The position numbers were made by a program, and so were the translations under genes. Source: an uncultured Thermoplasmata archaeon (GTDB lineage: Archaea; Thermoplasmatota; Thermoplasmata; Halarchaeoplasmatales; Halarchaeoplasmataceae). From it: a stretch of 45,469 bases of DNA. Shown piece after piece: positions 24,354-33,625 of this stretch; within the stretch, counting starts at the first letter, position 1; the number at the start of each line of letters is the position of its first letter. The DNA lies in NCBI GenBank assembly GCA_964399335.1, contig CAYNQI010000007.1, positions 1 to 45,469 on the forward strand. The letters run 5' to 3'. Under the pieces are notes generated by a model. The model worked only from the letters and a program-made list of their open reading frames with translations, ran no database searches and was not told the origin of the DNA.

Positions 24354-26062
24354 CAGCTTTCACCTCTGATACGAGCTAATGTTTCTTCAGGTTCTTTATA
24401 ATAAGCTGTTACTATCTTTGATATCTCTCGATAATCTACCATATCTTTATCATCCATATACTCGATCACTTCTATACGGTTATTGAATTCTTCATTCATC
24501 TCTTCTTGAGTTAGGTTCTGCATTTCACAGATAGTGTCGAAATTAAAACTATGGCCTTTATAATTGTAACTGTCTGTTTTTCTATCCCATTCGAATACCG
24601 TATTTGTCACTAGTTCATCGCTCTCTGCTTCGAACATGACTAATTCAGTAACTTCCTGAATTCGTCTAACTTCCTCACCTTTGATTCTTGCAAACGTTTG
24701 GATTATCACAAAGGACAGAGCTGTAAGAAGAACCCTAGGACAATTTATAGGAGGGTTCTCTAGCCTATGGACCATGGACTCCACCGAATCTGCATGCATG
24801 GTTGAATAAGTAGTATGGCCTGTTGCCATGGCCTGGAACATAGTATGAGCTTCTCGACCTCTAACTTCTCCAACTATTATGTAATCAGGTCTTTGTCTGA
24901 GAGCGTTACGAACCAGATCATACATAGTAACCTCGCCTTGGCTCCTACCCCCTTTACTTTCTCCAGAACCCGTTCTTGTAGTACTAGGTATCCAATTTTC
25001 ATGAGGTAGATTGATCTCTCTCGTATCTTCTAGTGAAACAATTTTTAGGCTTGGAGGTATGAAAAGAGTTGCACAATTAAGGGTTGAAGTTTTACCTGAA
25101 GCAGTTCCACCAGCAACTATCATAGACATACCATTTTCGACCATCAACCACATATAAGCGACCATCTCAGCAGATGCAGTATTATATTGTATTAATTTGA
25201 TAGGCGTAAAAGGTTCTTCTTTGAAACGTCTAATAGTTATAGAAGAACCCCTGGTAGAAACTTCCTTTGCATAGGTTGCTTGAACTCTATGTCCTTCTCC
25301 AGTAGTTCCATCAAGTATAGGAGTTGAAACTGATACCTGTTTTCCACATCTTTGACCTAGCTGAATTATATAATTATTGAGCCTTTGTTCTTCTTTGAAT
25401 CGCACAGTTGTTCTTATCGATTCATACTTTGCGTGGTAGATGAAAATAGGTATGTCGATGCCATCGCAAGAGATATCCTCCACACTTTCATCGCTCATCA
25501 ATATATCCAATGGACCATATCTAACATAATCTCTTAAAATATAATATATCAATCTCTTTTCAGATTTCTCAGGGATATTTAATGATCTACTCCTTATGAA
25601 ACTTTCAACACTTTCCTTAAGGAACTCTTCCTTATCTTTACTTTCCATACTTTCCCAATCAAAAGTAAGAGTTCTATCTAAAGTATCTTTTATTAATTCT
25701 AAGTATTGTCTTTCCTTATCGGTTAGAGTAGGTTCGATCCCCTCGTAAATATGCTCTTTTCTTTCGTCATCATAGATTATCCTCGCATAAGCAAAAGGTT
25801 CTCGGATAGGTATGATCTCTTCAACCTTTATGGTCTCTTTTTCAACTTCTGGAATCTTAGTATATTCAGATATCCATTCACCCTCTCCAGATAATATGCC
25901 TTCCTCTATTTTTTCTTGGGATTTAGGCAGCATTATCTTTCTAGGCTTCTTCTCTTTTCCCAAAGCCATATTGAAAAGATTTGAAATTTTATATAATGGG
26001 TTGACTTTATTTTTTTGGTTTTTGCTTTTTCCTGTATCGGCCATCAAGACCACGCACCTCAA
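24353..26062 (-). CDS. Type II/IV secretion ATPase (VirB11/FlaI/GspE family), copy 1
   Basis: Walker A GGTASGKTS, SLEDTREI, RQRPDYIIVGEVRG and STMHA. The start may be ATG 26044. Confidence 0.93.
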   Translation of the reverse strand: MRCVVLMADTGKSKNQKNKVNPLYKISNLFNMALGKEKKPRKIMLPKSQEKIEEGILSGEGEWISEYTKIPEVEKETIKVEEIIPIREPFAYARIIYDDERKEHIYEGIEPTLTDKERQYLELIKDTLDRTLTFDWESMESKDKEEFLKESVESFIRSRSLNIPEKSEKRLIYYILRDYVRYGPLDILMSDESVEDISCDGIDIPIFIYHAKYESIRTTVRFKEEQRLNNYIIQLGQRCGKQVSVSTPILDGTTGEGHRVQATYAKEVSTRGSSITIRRFKEEPFTPIKLIQYNTASAEMVAYMWLMVENGMSMIVAGGTASGKTSTLNCATLFIPPSLKIVSLEDTREINLPHENWIPSTTRTGSGESKGGRSQGEVTMYDLVRNALRQRPDYIIVGEVRGREAHTMFQAMATGHTTYSTMHADSVESMVHRLENPPINCPRVLLTALSFVIIQTFARIKGEEVRRIQEVTELVMFEAESDELVTNTVFEWDRKTDSYNYKGHSFNFDTICEMQNLTQEEMNEEFNNRIEVIEYMDDKDMVDYREISKIVTAYYKEPEETLARIRGES

Positions 26063-26214
26063 TAAACATACGATTGTAAAAGAACTTTTCCCTCATTTAC
26101 AAAAAGGTATTCTAATTCTCACGCGCATGCTTATGTATATTGGAATGAAAATTAGCATGAAATCGGTATTTAAACCTGTTGATTAGTTACTAAACCTTGT
26201 TTTTCAGGATTTCT

Positions 26215-26769
26215 TTACGATGTCCAATCATCTAAAACATTTTCACTCTCCTCAGGCCCTCTCGCGAAAATAACATCGCCACGTTTTAAACGAAGATCTT
26301 TACTTGGATCATATGCCCAACTATTTTTTCTCCTGACAGCGATTACTTTCATTCCGATCTTAGTTCCCATGTGAGTTTCATTCAATGTTTTACCATCGAG
26401 ATATGAACCTTCCCCTATTATACGGCGCACCATTATTTCATCGGATTCACGCATACTTTTCTTAACCACTGGATGAAGATCGATGTCTCTGAGGACTACA
26501 TCAGCTATATCTAGAGCAGCATCGGCGAACCTTTCGATGGAATCAGCTACTTTAAGAGCTATCTTATCTCTTTTAATGTCTTTATCTTCAATACATCTAA
26601 CTAATATTTTATCGATGATCTCCTCGTATAATCTATCGATGCGGTCTTCAAGCTCGATCACCTCTTCAGCTATGTCTTTATTTTGGAACAGAACTGAAGA
26701 ATAAGCCAGGTCTAACATGAGTTCAGATATGTTTTTCATTTCGATAAGATCCTCTTCAACTTTTTTCAT
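26215..26769 (-). CDS. PhoU-like helical domain + TrkA-C (RCK_C) domain protein
   Basis: EMKNISELMLDLAYSS...ERFADAA, then a TrkA-C domain (GMKVIAVRR, GDVIFARG). Start re-called at ATG 26769, overlapping the upstream TGA (ATGA). Confidence 0.88.
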   Translation of the reverse strand: MKKVEEDLIEMKNISELMLDLAYSSVLFQNKDIAEEVIELEDRIDRLYEEIIDKILVRCIEDKDIKRDKIALKVADSIERFADAALDIADVVLRDIDLHPVVKKSMRESDEIMVRRIIGEGSYLDGKTLNETHMGTKIGMKVIAVRRKNSWAYDPSKDLRLKRGDVIFARGPEESENVLDDWTS

Positions 26770-27404
26770 TTTTTCAGCTCCTTCCATGGTTTCTTTCCAA
26801 GGGCTAGATCGTTTAGATTTTCATATCCCTCAATTATCCCGCTAACGACTAACAGGTCCCCGCCTTGGATGGAATTCTCTCCATTAGGACCATATATCCA
26901 ATGCCCTCTCCTTCGGATAGCTATCACTCTAACACCTGTTACTGATTCAATAGCTAACTCACCTATTTTCTTGTTGACCATACTCGATGAATCTGCAACT
27001 CGAACCGTATTGATTATCTCGTCGGCCTTCTCAAATATATGTGGAAGAAGAGTATCAAGTCCATCCTCAACGTTTAAAAGTTCTACCATATCTTCTGCAG
27101 CATCGGATATTTTCTCCGCTGAAGAAGCTATCTGAAGTATACCACTCAACTGTTTAGCATCTTCGATATTCCTAGCACTTAGCATGGTTTTTAATCGGAT
27201 AAGATACATCATCTTATCCATCTCGGATTCGATGTGACCGACTTCATCAGCAAGATCTTTGTTGGTGTATACAACTGCGGCATAAGCAAGATCAGCGATC
27301 AGTTCTGAGTAATCTTTCATTTCAGTTAGTAGCTCTCTAACGTTCTTATCTTCATATCTTAAAATTTCATGCTCGAGATCTTCATTTTTCGGAATTTTTT
27401 TCAA
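26766..27404 (-). CDS. PhoU-like + TrkA-C domain protein (paralog)
   Basis: EMKDYSELIADLAYAA...EKISDAA and GVRVIAIRR, GDLLVVSG. Start re-called at TTG 27404 (GGTGAT RBS, TTGA overlap). Confidence 0.88.
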   Translation of the reverse strand: MKKIPKNEDLEHEILRYEDKNVRELLTEMKDYSELIADLAYAAVVYTNKDLADEVGHIESEMDKMMYLIRLKTMLSARNIEDAKQLSGILQIASSAEKISDAAEDMVELLNVEDGLDTLLPHIFEKADEIINTVRVADSSSMVNKKIGELAIESVTGVRVIAIRRRGHWIYGPNGENSIQGGDLLVVSGIIEGYENLNDLALGKKPWKELKK

Positions 27405-27955
27405 ATTATCACCACCAACCATACCATAAAGAATATGGAAATTATACTTAAAAGGTCCGCTAAAGTAGTTAACACAGGGATTACCATATTATCTGGATCC
27501 AATTGCTTCTTATAGGAGATCAAGGCCACCGTAATAGTGATCATCATGGTTCCAACGGTAATAATAATCCCCGACCCCAAAATTACCAATATTAGGTTCA
27601 ATGCAGTTGTACCTAGATTTATAACCGTACTGGAAGCAGCAACACCTAGCGCAACTGTTGAAAAAGTGATCAGACCCATTAGAATAGTGATGAACATGTT
27701 TTCGGTCAGTTCTCTATCTTTGATATGGGCCTCAATATAACCTGAGTGGAATCCTGAACTAACTCTAGAGGCTAATACACATCCGAGATTTCCTCCTAGG
27801 TCATTCATCAAAGGTACTAAAAAAAGAAAAACAGGGAATGTTAGCAGATATTCCTCTATAGAATGTAGTACTTGACCCCCTATTATCCCTATGAAAGCCA
27901 TCAAGACCAACAATGGAAAACTCTCTTTGACGATCTTTTTCCATTCATATCTCAG
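27401..27955 (-). CDS. MgtE/SLC41-like membrane domain protein (divalent cation transporter half)
   Basis: DLGGNLG...SRVSSGFHSG and LDPDNMVIPVLTTLAD. The frame extends upstream of the track start 27913 to a probable CTG at 27955. Confidence 0.85.
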   Translation of the reverse strand: MRYEWKKIVKESFPLLVLMAFIGIIGGQVLHSIEEYLLTFPVFLFLVPLMNDLGGNLGCVLASRVSSGFHSGYIEAHIKDRELTENMFITILMGLITFSTVALGVAASSTVINLGTTALNLILVILGSGIIITVGTMMITITVALISYKKQLDPDNMVIPVLTTLADLLSIISIFFMVWLVVII

Positions 27956-28515
27956 AGTATCGCCCCCCCAATAAAATATGCAAAGAAGAAAAGTACTAGC
28001 AAAGTCAATACATCTCCAACTGTTGTTAGGGCTGGACCACTTAGATTATCAGGGTCTAGATCGTACTTGATCGACATTATGACAGCAAAGTATGATATGA
28101 AAGAAAGTAGGACACCGGTTGTAAGGCCCGTGGATATGGATATAATATATATCGCGATAAGAGCTCTTAATTCGATGGTAATCGAAAGAGCAAAACTTGT
28201 AAGCCAAAATAGAATAGGCAAGATGGAAGCTAATAGTACACTCAAAGCCACGGTACTTTTGATATTTTCTTTAACCAGGGATGAGCCGAGTCCTCTTTCC
28301 ATCAGTCCAAGGTGATGTGCAGAGCCCAGCCTTGATCCCATAGTTGAAGATATATTTCCTCTCATATCGATCATAGCAGGTACCAATACTATAAGGCCAG
28401 GGACCAAATCGAATATATATTCCATGGAACCCAATACTAAACCTGCAGCCGCACCACCTGCGGCACAGAGGAAAAGAAATGGAAGGCTCTCCTTCATCAC
28501 CTGGATCTTGTCCAT
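27952..28515 (-). CDS. MgtE/SLC41-like membrane domain protein (second half)
   Basis: DMRGNISSTMGSRLGSAHHLG and LDPDNLSGPALTTVGD. Confidence 0.88.
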   Translation of the reverse strand: MDKIQVMKESLPFLFLCAAGGAAAGLVLGSMEYIFDLVPGLIVLVPAMIDMRGNISSTMGSRLGSAHHLGLMERGLGSSLVKENIKSTVALSVLLASILPILFWLTSFALSITIELRALIAIYIISISTGLTTGVLLSFISYFAVIMSIKYDLDPDNLSGPALTTVGDVLTLLVLFFFAYFIGGAIL

Positions 28516-28593
28516 ATATCCTCACCATTTATATCAGATGTTCACCCTTATGCGGTATTTTAGTACACAGATATCTTGAATTATTGAATTAAA

Positions 28594-28821
28594 TCAATCC
28601 CAACCTAGCTGGCGCATCTCCCTCTCTTCTTTTGTCGCTTTCTTATACATTTTGTAGTGCTTTTTACAGAGGTATGCGTTACCAGCTGCACTGGATGGTT
28701 TCACTTTTAGATCAGTCTTTTTTGTTACTTTTCCACCTGGAACCGAGGCCTTCTTTTTCTTGTTACATCCTTCGACATCGCATGTCTTGCCTTTCCTTTT
28801 ACTCTTTCTCTCGTGTTTCAT
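28594..28821 (-). CDS. Small basic putative Zn-binding protein
   Basis: 75 aa, Lys/Arg-rich, with CDVEGC and YLCKKH (C3H pattern); own AT-rich promoter region upstream. Confidence 0.7.
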   Translation of the reverse strand: MKHERKSKRKGKTCDVEGCNKKKKASVPGGKVTKKTDLKVKPSSAAGNAYLCKKHYKMYKKATKEEREMRQLGWD

Positions 28822-28988
28822 AGTTTGATAAGTTTAAAATGGATATATTATGTTTTTCCCATCTCTAGATTTGACAATTTTCTGAAATTTGCACTGTTTT
28901 GTTTAAAAAATTATTTATACCTCCCTTTATCATGAGTGCGGTAATTCAACCATTAGATGACATAATGGTCATTATGGAGGAACCATAC

Positions 28989-31886
28989 ATGAGAAAGAAA
29001 ACAGTAGGCAAAATCGCTACCGCTCTGGTAATACTTAGCTTAGTATTATCTGGGCTGATGGTACTGCAATTTAGTGCGCGAGCAGATGAACGACATGAAG
29101 GTAGAGTAGAAGGAATAATCTCTACAGATGACGGAATAATTCCTCGCGGTTTAGAAGTAAATCTCATAGACCTTTCAGAAAGTATAGTATCTTCCACTGA
29201 GACTCGTAGAGGGGGATATTACCAGTTTAAAGGTGTAGATGCGGGTTATTATCGGGTGGAGTTCCCTTCACAATCACATAAGGAACAGAATGTTTATTTC
29301 ATGGAAAGAAGTGGGATCGATGAAGTAAAAACGGAGACCACGACAGAATTTGATTTAACCGTAGAAAGAAAACCGTTAGAATACAGCGTCGAAGGATATG
29401 TTCGTGATGCTGCAGAAGATCCTGTTGAAGGAACTGAGATAACGGTCAGCGATTTGAACAGTGATTACTCTAAAACAGTAGGTCTTCATAACGAAACTAC
29501 TGGGGAATACAACGTAAAAATCTATGAAGGTAATTTCACAATAACCGCAACAGCACCGGATTATTCAGATATCATGCATGAAGTGGATGTTGAAGAAGAT
29601 ATCACTGACTTCAACATAACTCTTACTGATGTTACCGACACCCATCTCGTAACCGGGTATTTATGGTCCGAAGATGGAGCTGTTAATACACAATTGAGAG
29701 TTACGCTGATTCATGAGGAATTAGGAATCTTCAACAAACAAATAGAAGAGGGTCCTTATTTTGAGATCGCTGCTCCTAGAGCTGGGAATTATCATCTTCT
29801 AATAGATTCGGACGGTTATCTACCTCATCATCAGGAATTAAATGTGGAGAATATTGTGAATATAGGCAGAACAAGTGCGGTAGAACGAAGTCGAGATGAA
29901 ATCATCGAAACTAAGATGGAATTTGATGAGAACTGGGATGAATTGACCATAACCCGAGAAAGGACTTATCAACCAGATACTATGATTCAGAGTTTACCTT
30001 ATTCGAATTTGGGACTTTTAGCTCTTCAGATCGACTTAGCCTATGGCGACGGAAATCTGGAATTAGATAGTAATGAGCTTCAGAATTTCCAAGATGAATT
30101 ACAATATATAGAATCGAACATACCTTCCTCTCATCGATTGATCCAAGTAGATGGCGTGTCTTATGAGCTAGTCGATATAGAAAAATTCGATCTAGAATTG
30201 CCAGAATTGAATGGAGAATCGATAAGCGTTTTCAATCTATTCGATGAGATGACATCTACTTCCACAGCAACTTATGAACCGGTAGAAGATATCGATGTAG
30301 AAGATAGTCATGATATCGACTTATATCTAGAACAAGACCACATAGTAGGCAACTTCAGGGATTATTCTTATGAGCTAGATCTACCTAATGGATACGAGAG
30401 AACTAATTTCCCAACCAATGTAGATATAAGTGGTTTCACAACTGTATCTATAGATACCTACGAGGGTGTTGGTAGGACCCACGTTGGTTTAGATATTCAA
30501 CAGACTGAGCAGGGCGAAGTGAATATCATACTAGAAGAAGGTCCAAGAGTTTACTTGAAAGAGATCGAGGAAAACGATGAACTTATAACAGAGTATATCG
30601 TCAGACAGGATACTAACGTTACATGTATAGCGGATTTCGTTGATCCAGTAGGAAGTGAAGAAGATGCAGAATACACTTGGTATCTTTATCTTGACGGTGA
30701 TGAAGATGAAATAGGTACTGGGGAGGAGATAAATCATGTTTTCACTAATACTGGTGAGAGAACGCTTAAAGTAGAAGTTTTTGAAACTGGTGGCCACATA
30801 ACTACAGATGAGGTAACCGTTTTTGTAGATGGAAGAGCACCTCAAGGTGTAATTGATGGTGACTTCGAGGGCAATGAAAGCGAAGAATTAACTTTCAGTG
30901 CTTATGGATTCACAGATGACTCAGGTGAGATCGGTTATTATCAATGGAACTTCACAGATGGATCTGATCCAGTAGAAGGTCCGGATATGTACAATGTGAC
31001 ACACGCATTTGATTTATATGGTACTTATAACGTAAAACTAAACATCACTGATGTTGTTGGAAACTGGGAGATATACGAACGGGAAATAGTTGTTCACGAT
31101 GTTACACCTCCTGTTCCGTTGTTCAACCTTACTTATCAGACAGAAGACGAAGAAAATATTACCATCCACAGTGATGATCTTGCTGGAGATAGGATAGAAC
31201 GAAGGTATCCGATCACATTAGATGCATCGGAATCCTACGATCCTGCAGGGTTCGACGAAGAAGTAGGTGAAGTAGAATCTTTTACTTGGTGGATAGAAGA
31301 AGATGGTTTCAAACACGAAGATGTGGTGCTAGAAGATTATGAATTCGATGATATTGGAGAATATACAATCAGTTTGAACGTAACCGATGAACACGGAAAC
31401 TACGAAAACATCACTAGGACTGTAAGGATAGCACTTGGACCTACACCTGATCTTGAGTTGAGCAATCTAAGAGTATCTGGTGAAAAAAGTGTCAACGAGG
31501 AACTTACAGTATCCGTCAACGTGACGAACTGGGGAGAACGTGTAGCTGAGGATATCCGCTTAGAATTCTCTGTCGATGGTGAAGATGTACCTATTGCAGA
31601 CATGACATTTGAGAAAGACGGCGAAGAAACGAATGAAACTATCGATCCAAATGAAATGAAAACAATATCTTTCAAATGGACACCTGAAGAAGACGGTGAT
31701 ATGACTCTAAGTGTAACGATCTATGACGGTGAAGAACCTGAGGAATTACGTGTTGATAACACTTTAGAACTTGATATAAACATAGAACCACCAGCATGGC
31801 GCAGGTACATAGTGTACGCATTGGTACCGATAGTCATAATCGGTGTAACTGTAGGATTATACTTCTACAAAGAAAAGTACCAGTAA
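28989..31886 (+). CDS. Secreted, C-terminally anchored surface protein with carboxypeptidase-regulatory-like, PKD and CARDB domains
   Basis: Signal peptide after a GGAGG RBS (ATG 28989), PKD motifs (YQWNFTDG, HAFDLYGTYNVKLNITD), CARDB (PDLELSNL...VNVTNWG), C-terminal TM helix. Confidence 0.85.
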   Translation: MRKKTVGKIATALVILSLVLSGLMVLQFSARADERHEGRVEGIISTDDGIIPRGLEVNLIDLSESIVSSTETRRGGYYQFKGVDAGYYRVEFPSQSHKEQNVYFMERSGIDEVKTETTTEFDLTVERKPLEYSVEGYVRDAAEDPVEGTEITVSDLNSDYSKTVGLHNETTGEYNVKIYEGNFTITATAPDYSDIMHEVDVEEDITDFNITLTDVTDTHLVTGYLWSEDGAVNTQLRVTLIHEELGIFNKQIEEGPYFEIAAPRAGNYHLLIDSDGYLPHHQELNVENIVNIGRTSAVERSRDEIIETKMEFDENWDELTITRERTYQPDTMIQSLPYSNLGLLALQIDLAYGDGNLELDSNELQNFQDELQYIESNIPSSHRLIQVDGVSYELVDIEKFDLELPELNGESISVFNLFDEMTSTSTATYEPVEDIDVEDSHDIDLYLEQDHIVGNFRDYSYELDLPNGYERTNFPTNVDISGFTTVSIDTYEGVGRTHVGLDIQQTEQGEVNIILEEGPRVYLKEIEENDELITEYIVRQDTNVTCIADFVDPVGSEEDAEYTWYLYLDGDEDEIGTGEEINHVFTNTGERTLKVEVFETGGHITTDEVTVFVDGRAPQGVIDGDFEGNESEELTFSAYGFTDDSGEIGYYQWNFTDGSDPVEGPDMYNVTHAFDLYGTYNVKLNITDVVGNWEIYEREIVVHDVTPPVPLFNLTYQTEDEENITIHSDDLAGDRIERRYPITLDASESYDPAGFDEEVGEVESFTWWIEEDGFKHEDVVLEDYEFDDIGEYTISLNVTDEHGNYENITRTVRIALGPTPDLELSNLRVSGEKSVNEELTVSVNVTNWGERVAEDIRLEFSVDGEDVPIADMTFEKDGEETNETIDPNEMKTISFKWTPEEDGDMTLSVTIYDGEEPEELRVDNTLELDINIEPPAWRRYIVYALVPIVIIGVTVGLYFYKEKYQ

Positions 31887-31920
31887 AAAACCAATAAAAC
31901 CCTTTTTTTTAATTCTTTTT
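31887..31920. terminator. Bidirectional oligo-T terminator between convergent genes
   Basis: An A-run followed by T-runs (AAAAAACCAATAAAACCCTTTTTTTTAATTCTTTTT) between the two stop codons. Confidence 0.55.
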
Positions 31921-33615
31921 TCACATCGATACAGGAGTATCGATGCCTAATGTATCTAGTAGACTTTTTAAAGCATATCTGTAAGCAGTTACCAGTATAA
32001 GTCTCTCTTTCTTTTTATTAGTAGATTTTAACACATGATGGTCTCTGTAAAATTGGTTGAATTCTGATGCAAGTTCTAGACCATACTTTGCTAATTTATG
32101 GGGTGAATTATTCTTCTGAACTTCACTCAATATTCTTGGTAACTTAGCCATGGTTTTGATAAGTTTGACCTCTCCTTCCTCATTCAGTTTACTGAGATCC
32201 GTTTTTTCTAGATCTATTTTCTTATCCGATTTATTGAGGATTCCACAGCTTCTAGCATAGGTGTATTGTATGAAAGGTCCTGTATCGCCTTGGAAGTTAA
32301 GTGCTTCATCCCACTTAAAATCTATAGGCTTTTCAGGTTGAACTTTAATTATATTGAATCTGACCGCACCCATTCCCACTTTCTCAGAGATATCTTCTAT
32401 TTGTGTTTTCTTGAGATCATCTCTTCTTTTCAATATTTCATCTTTAGCCTTTTCTTGGGCCGTATCCATGAGATCATCTAATGTCACGTAAATACCCTTA
32501 CGTGTAGACATCTCCTGCCCTTCAAAGCTCACGAATGAATAGAAAACTAATTCAGGGATAGGTTCTATATCAAGGGCTTTTAAAGATTCTTTCAAAAACT
32601 TCCCATGTGATTTATGGTCCTCCCCTAAAACATTGAGAAGGGAATCTGCCCTTTCTGCTTTCCATACGTGGTATGCCAAATCTCTTGCAGGATAAAGATT
32701 GGTACCATCATCTCGGGTAAGAAAAGTTCTTCTTCCTTCTTTTTCAAAGAAAAGTGCACCATCCTCTCTTTCACAGCAAACTAACCTTTCTATCTTGCTG
32801 ATCAATTCATCGACAGAACCATCGACTATAAAATCAGACTCGTTTTTAAAACTGTCTAAGTAGATATTAAGTCGTTCCAAGGACTCAGTAACTCCCTCTA
32901 GAACTTTCTCTGCGTTCCTCCTAAATACTTTTAAGATCTCTTCATCTCCCTGCTCCATTTCGTGGATTATACTACGAACCTCGTCTTCTATATCAGAGTT
33001 TTCTTCAAGCAGAGAATTAGCTTTCTGATAATACTTAACCATATGATAGTCGATCTTGTTTCGTTCAGGTTCTAAGAGTTCTTCATCTTCTATGTTCAAA
33101 CTTCCCCATGTAAAGATAGCCATCTGCCTACCTATGTCATTTACAAAATATTGTCTTTCGACATCGAACCCCATCTTATCATACACCCTTGCGAGTGTAT
33201 CACCGATTATCGGATTCCTAGCTCTTCCCACGTGTAGTGGTCCATTGGGATTAGCGCTTGTATGTTCAAGCGTAATCTTTTCATCCTTGTCAGGGTATGT
33301 TCCAAAATGGTCCTTGCATTCTAGACATTTTTTGATGGTTTCTTTAACTAGTCGATGATGATCGATTTTAAAGTTTACATAGGGACCGGTCTGCTCAGCA
33401 GTTCCTAGATCTAATTTGATCTTGTCTGAAAGATATTCTGCAATTTGATCGGGTGATCTTTTTAAGTGTTTTGAAAATATGAAGCATGGTACCGCGAAAT
33501 CCCCTCTTTCCTCATCTGGGATCTCAAGAGGAATATCTAATTCTTCATCTAAATCTAAAGTATTTTTGATCTCACGAATTATTTCATTCTCAAAGTCATC
33601 GAGTATATAACCCAT
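31921..33615 (-). CDS. argS: Arginyl-tRNA synthetase
   Basis: EHTSANPNGPLHVGRAR, MSTRKG and GDTGPFIQYTYAR. Confidence 0.97.
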   Translation of the reverse strand: MGYILDDFENEIIREIKNTLDLDEELDIPLEIPDEERGDFAVPCFIFSKHLKRSPDQIAEYLSDKIKLDLGTAEQTGPYVNFKIDHHRLVKETIKKCLECKDHFGTYPDKDEKITLEHTSANPNGPLHVGRARNPIIGDTLARVYDKMGFDVERQYFVNDIGRQMAIFTWGSLNIEDEELLEPERNKIDYHMVKYYQKANSLLEENSDIEDEVRSIIHEMEQGDEEILKVFRRNAEKVLEGVTESLERLNIYLDSFKNESDFIVDGSVDELISKIERLVCCEREDGALFFEKEGRRTFLTRDDGTNLYPARDLAYHVWKAERADSLLNVLGEDHKSHGKFLKESLKALDIEPIPELVFYSFVSFEGQEMSTRKGIYVTLDDLMDTAQEKAKDEILKRRDDLKKTQIEDISEKVGMGAVRFNIIKVQPEKPIDFKWDEALNFQGDTGPFIQYTYARSCGILNKSDKKIDLEKTDLSKLNEEGEVKLIKTMAKLPRILSEVQKNNSPHKLAKYGLELASEFNQFYRDHHVLKSTNKKKERLILVTAYRYALKSLLDTLGIDTPVSM

Positions 33616-33625
33616 ATTCCTATCC

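Noticed and set aside
20731-26062. Archaellum (flaI/flaJ) assignment
   Set aside because: No archaellin, FlaH, FlaF/G or che genes; two ATPases plus two TadC-like genes fit a non-archaellum pilus.
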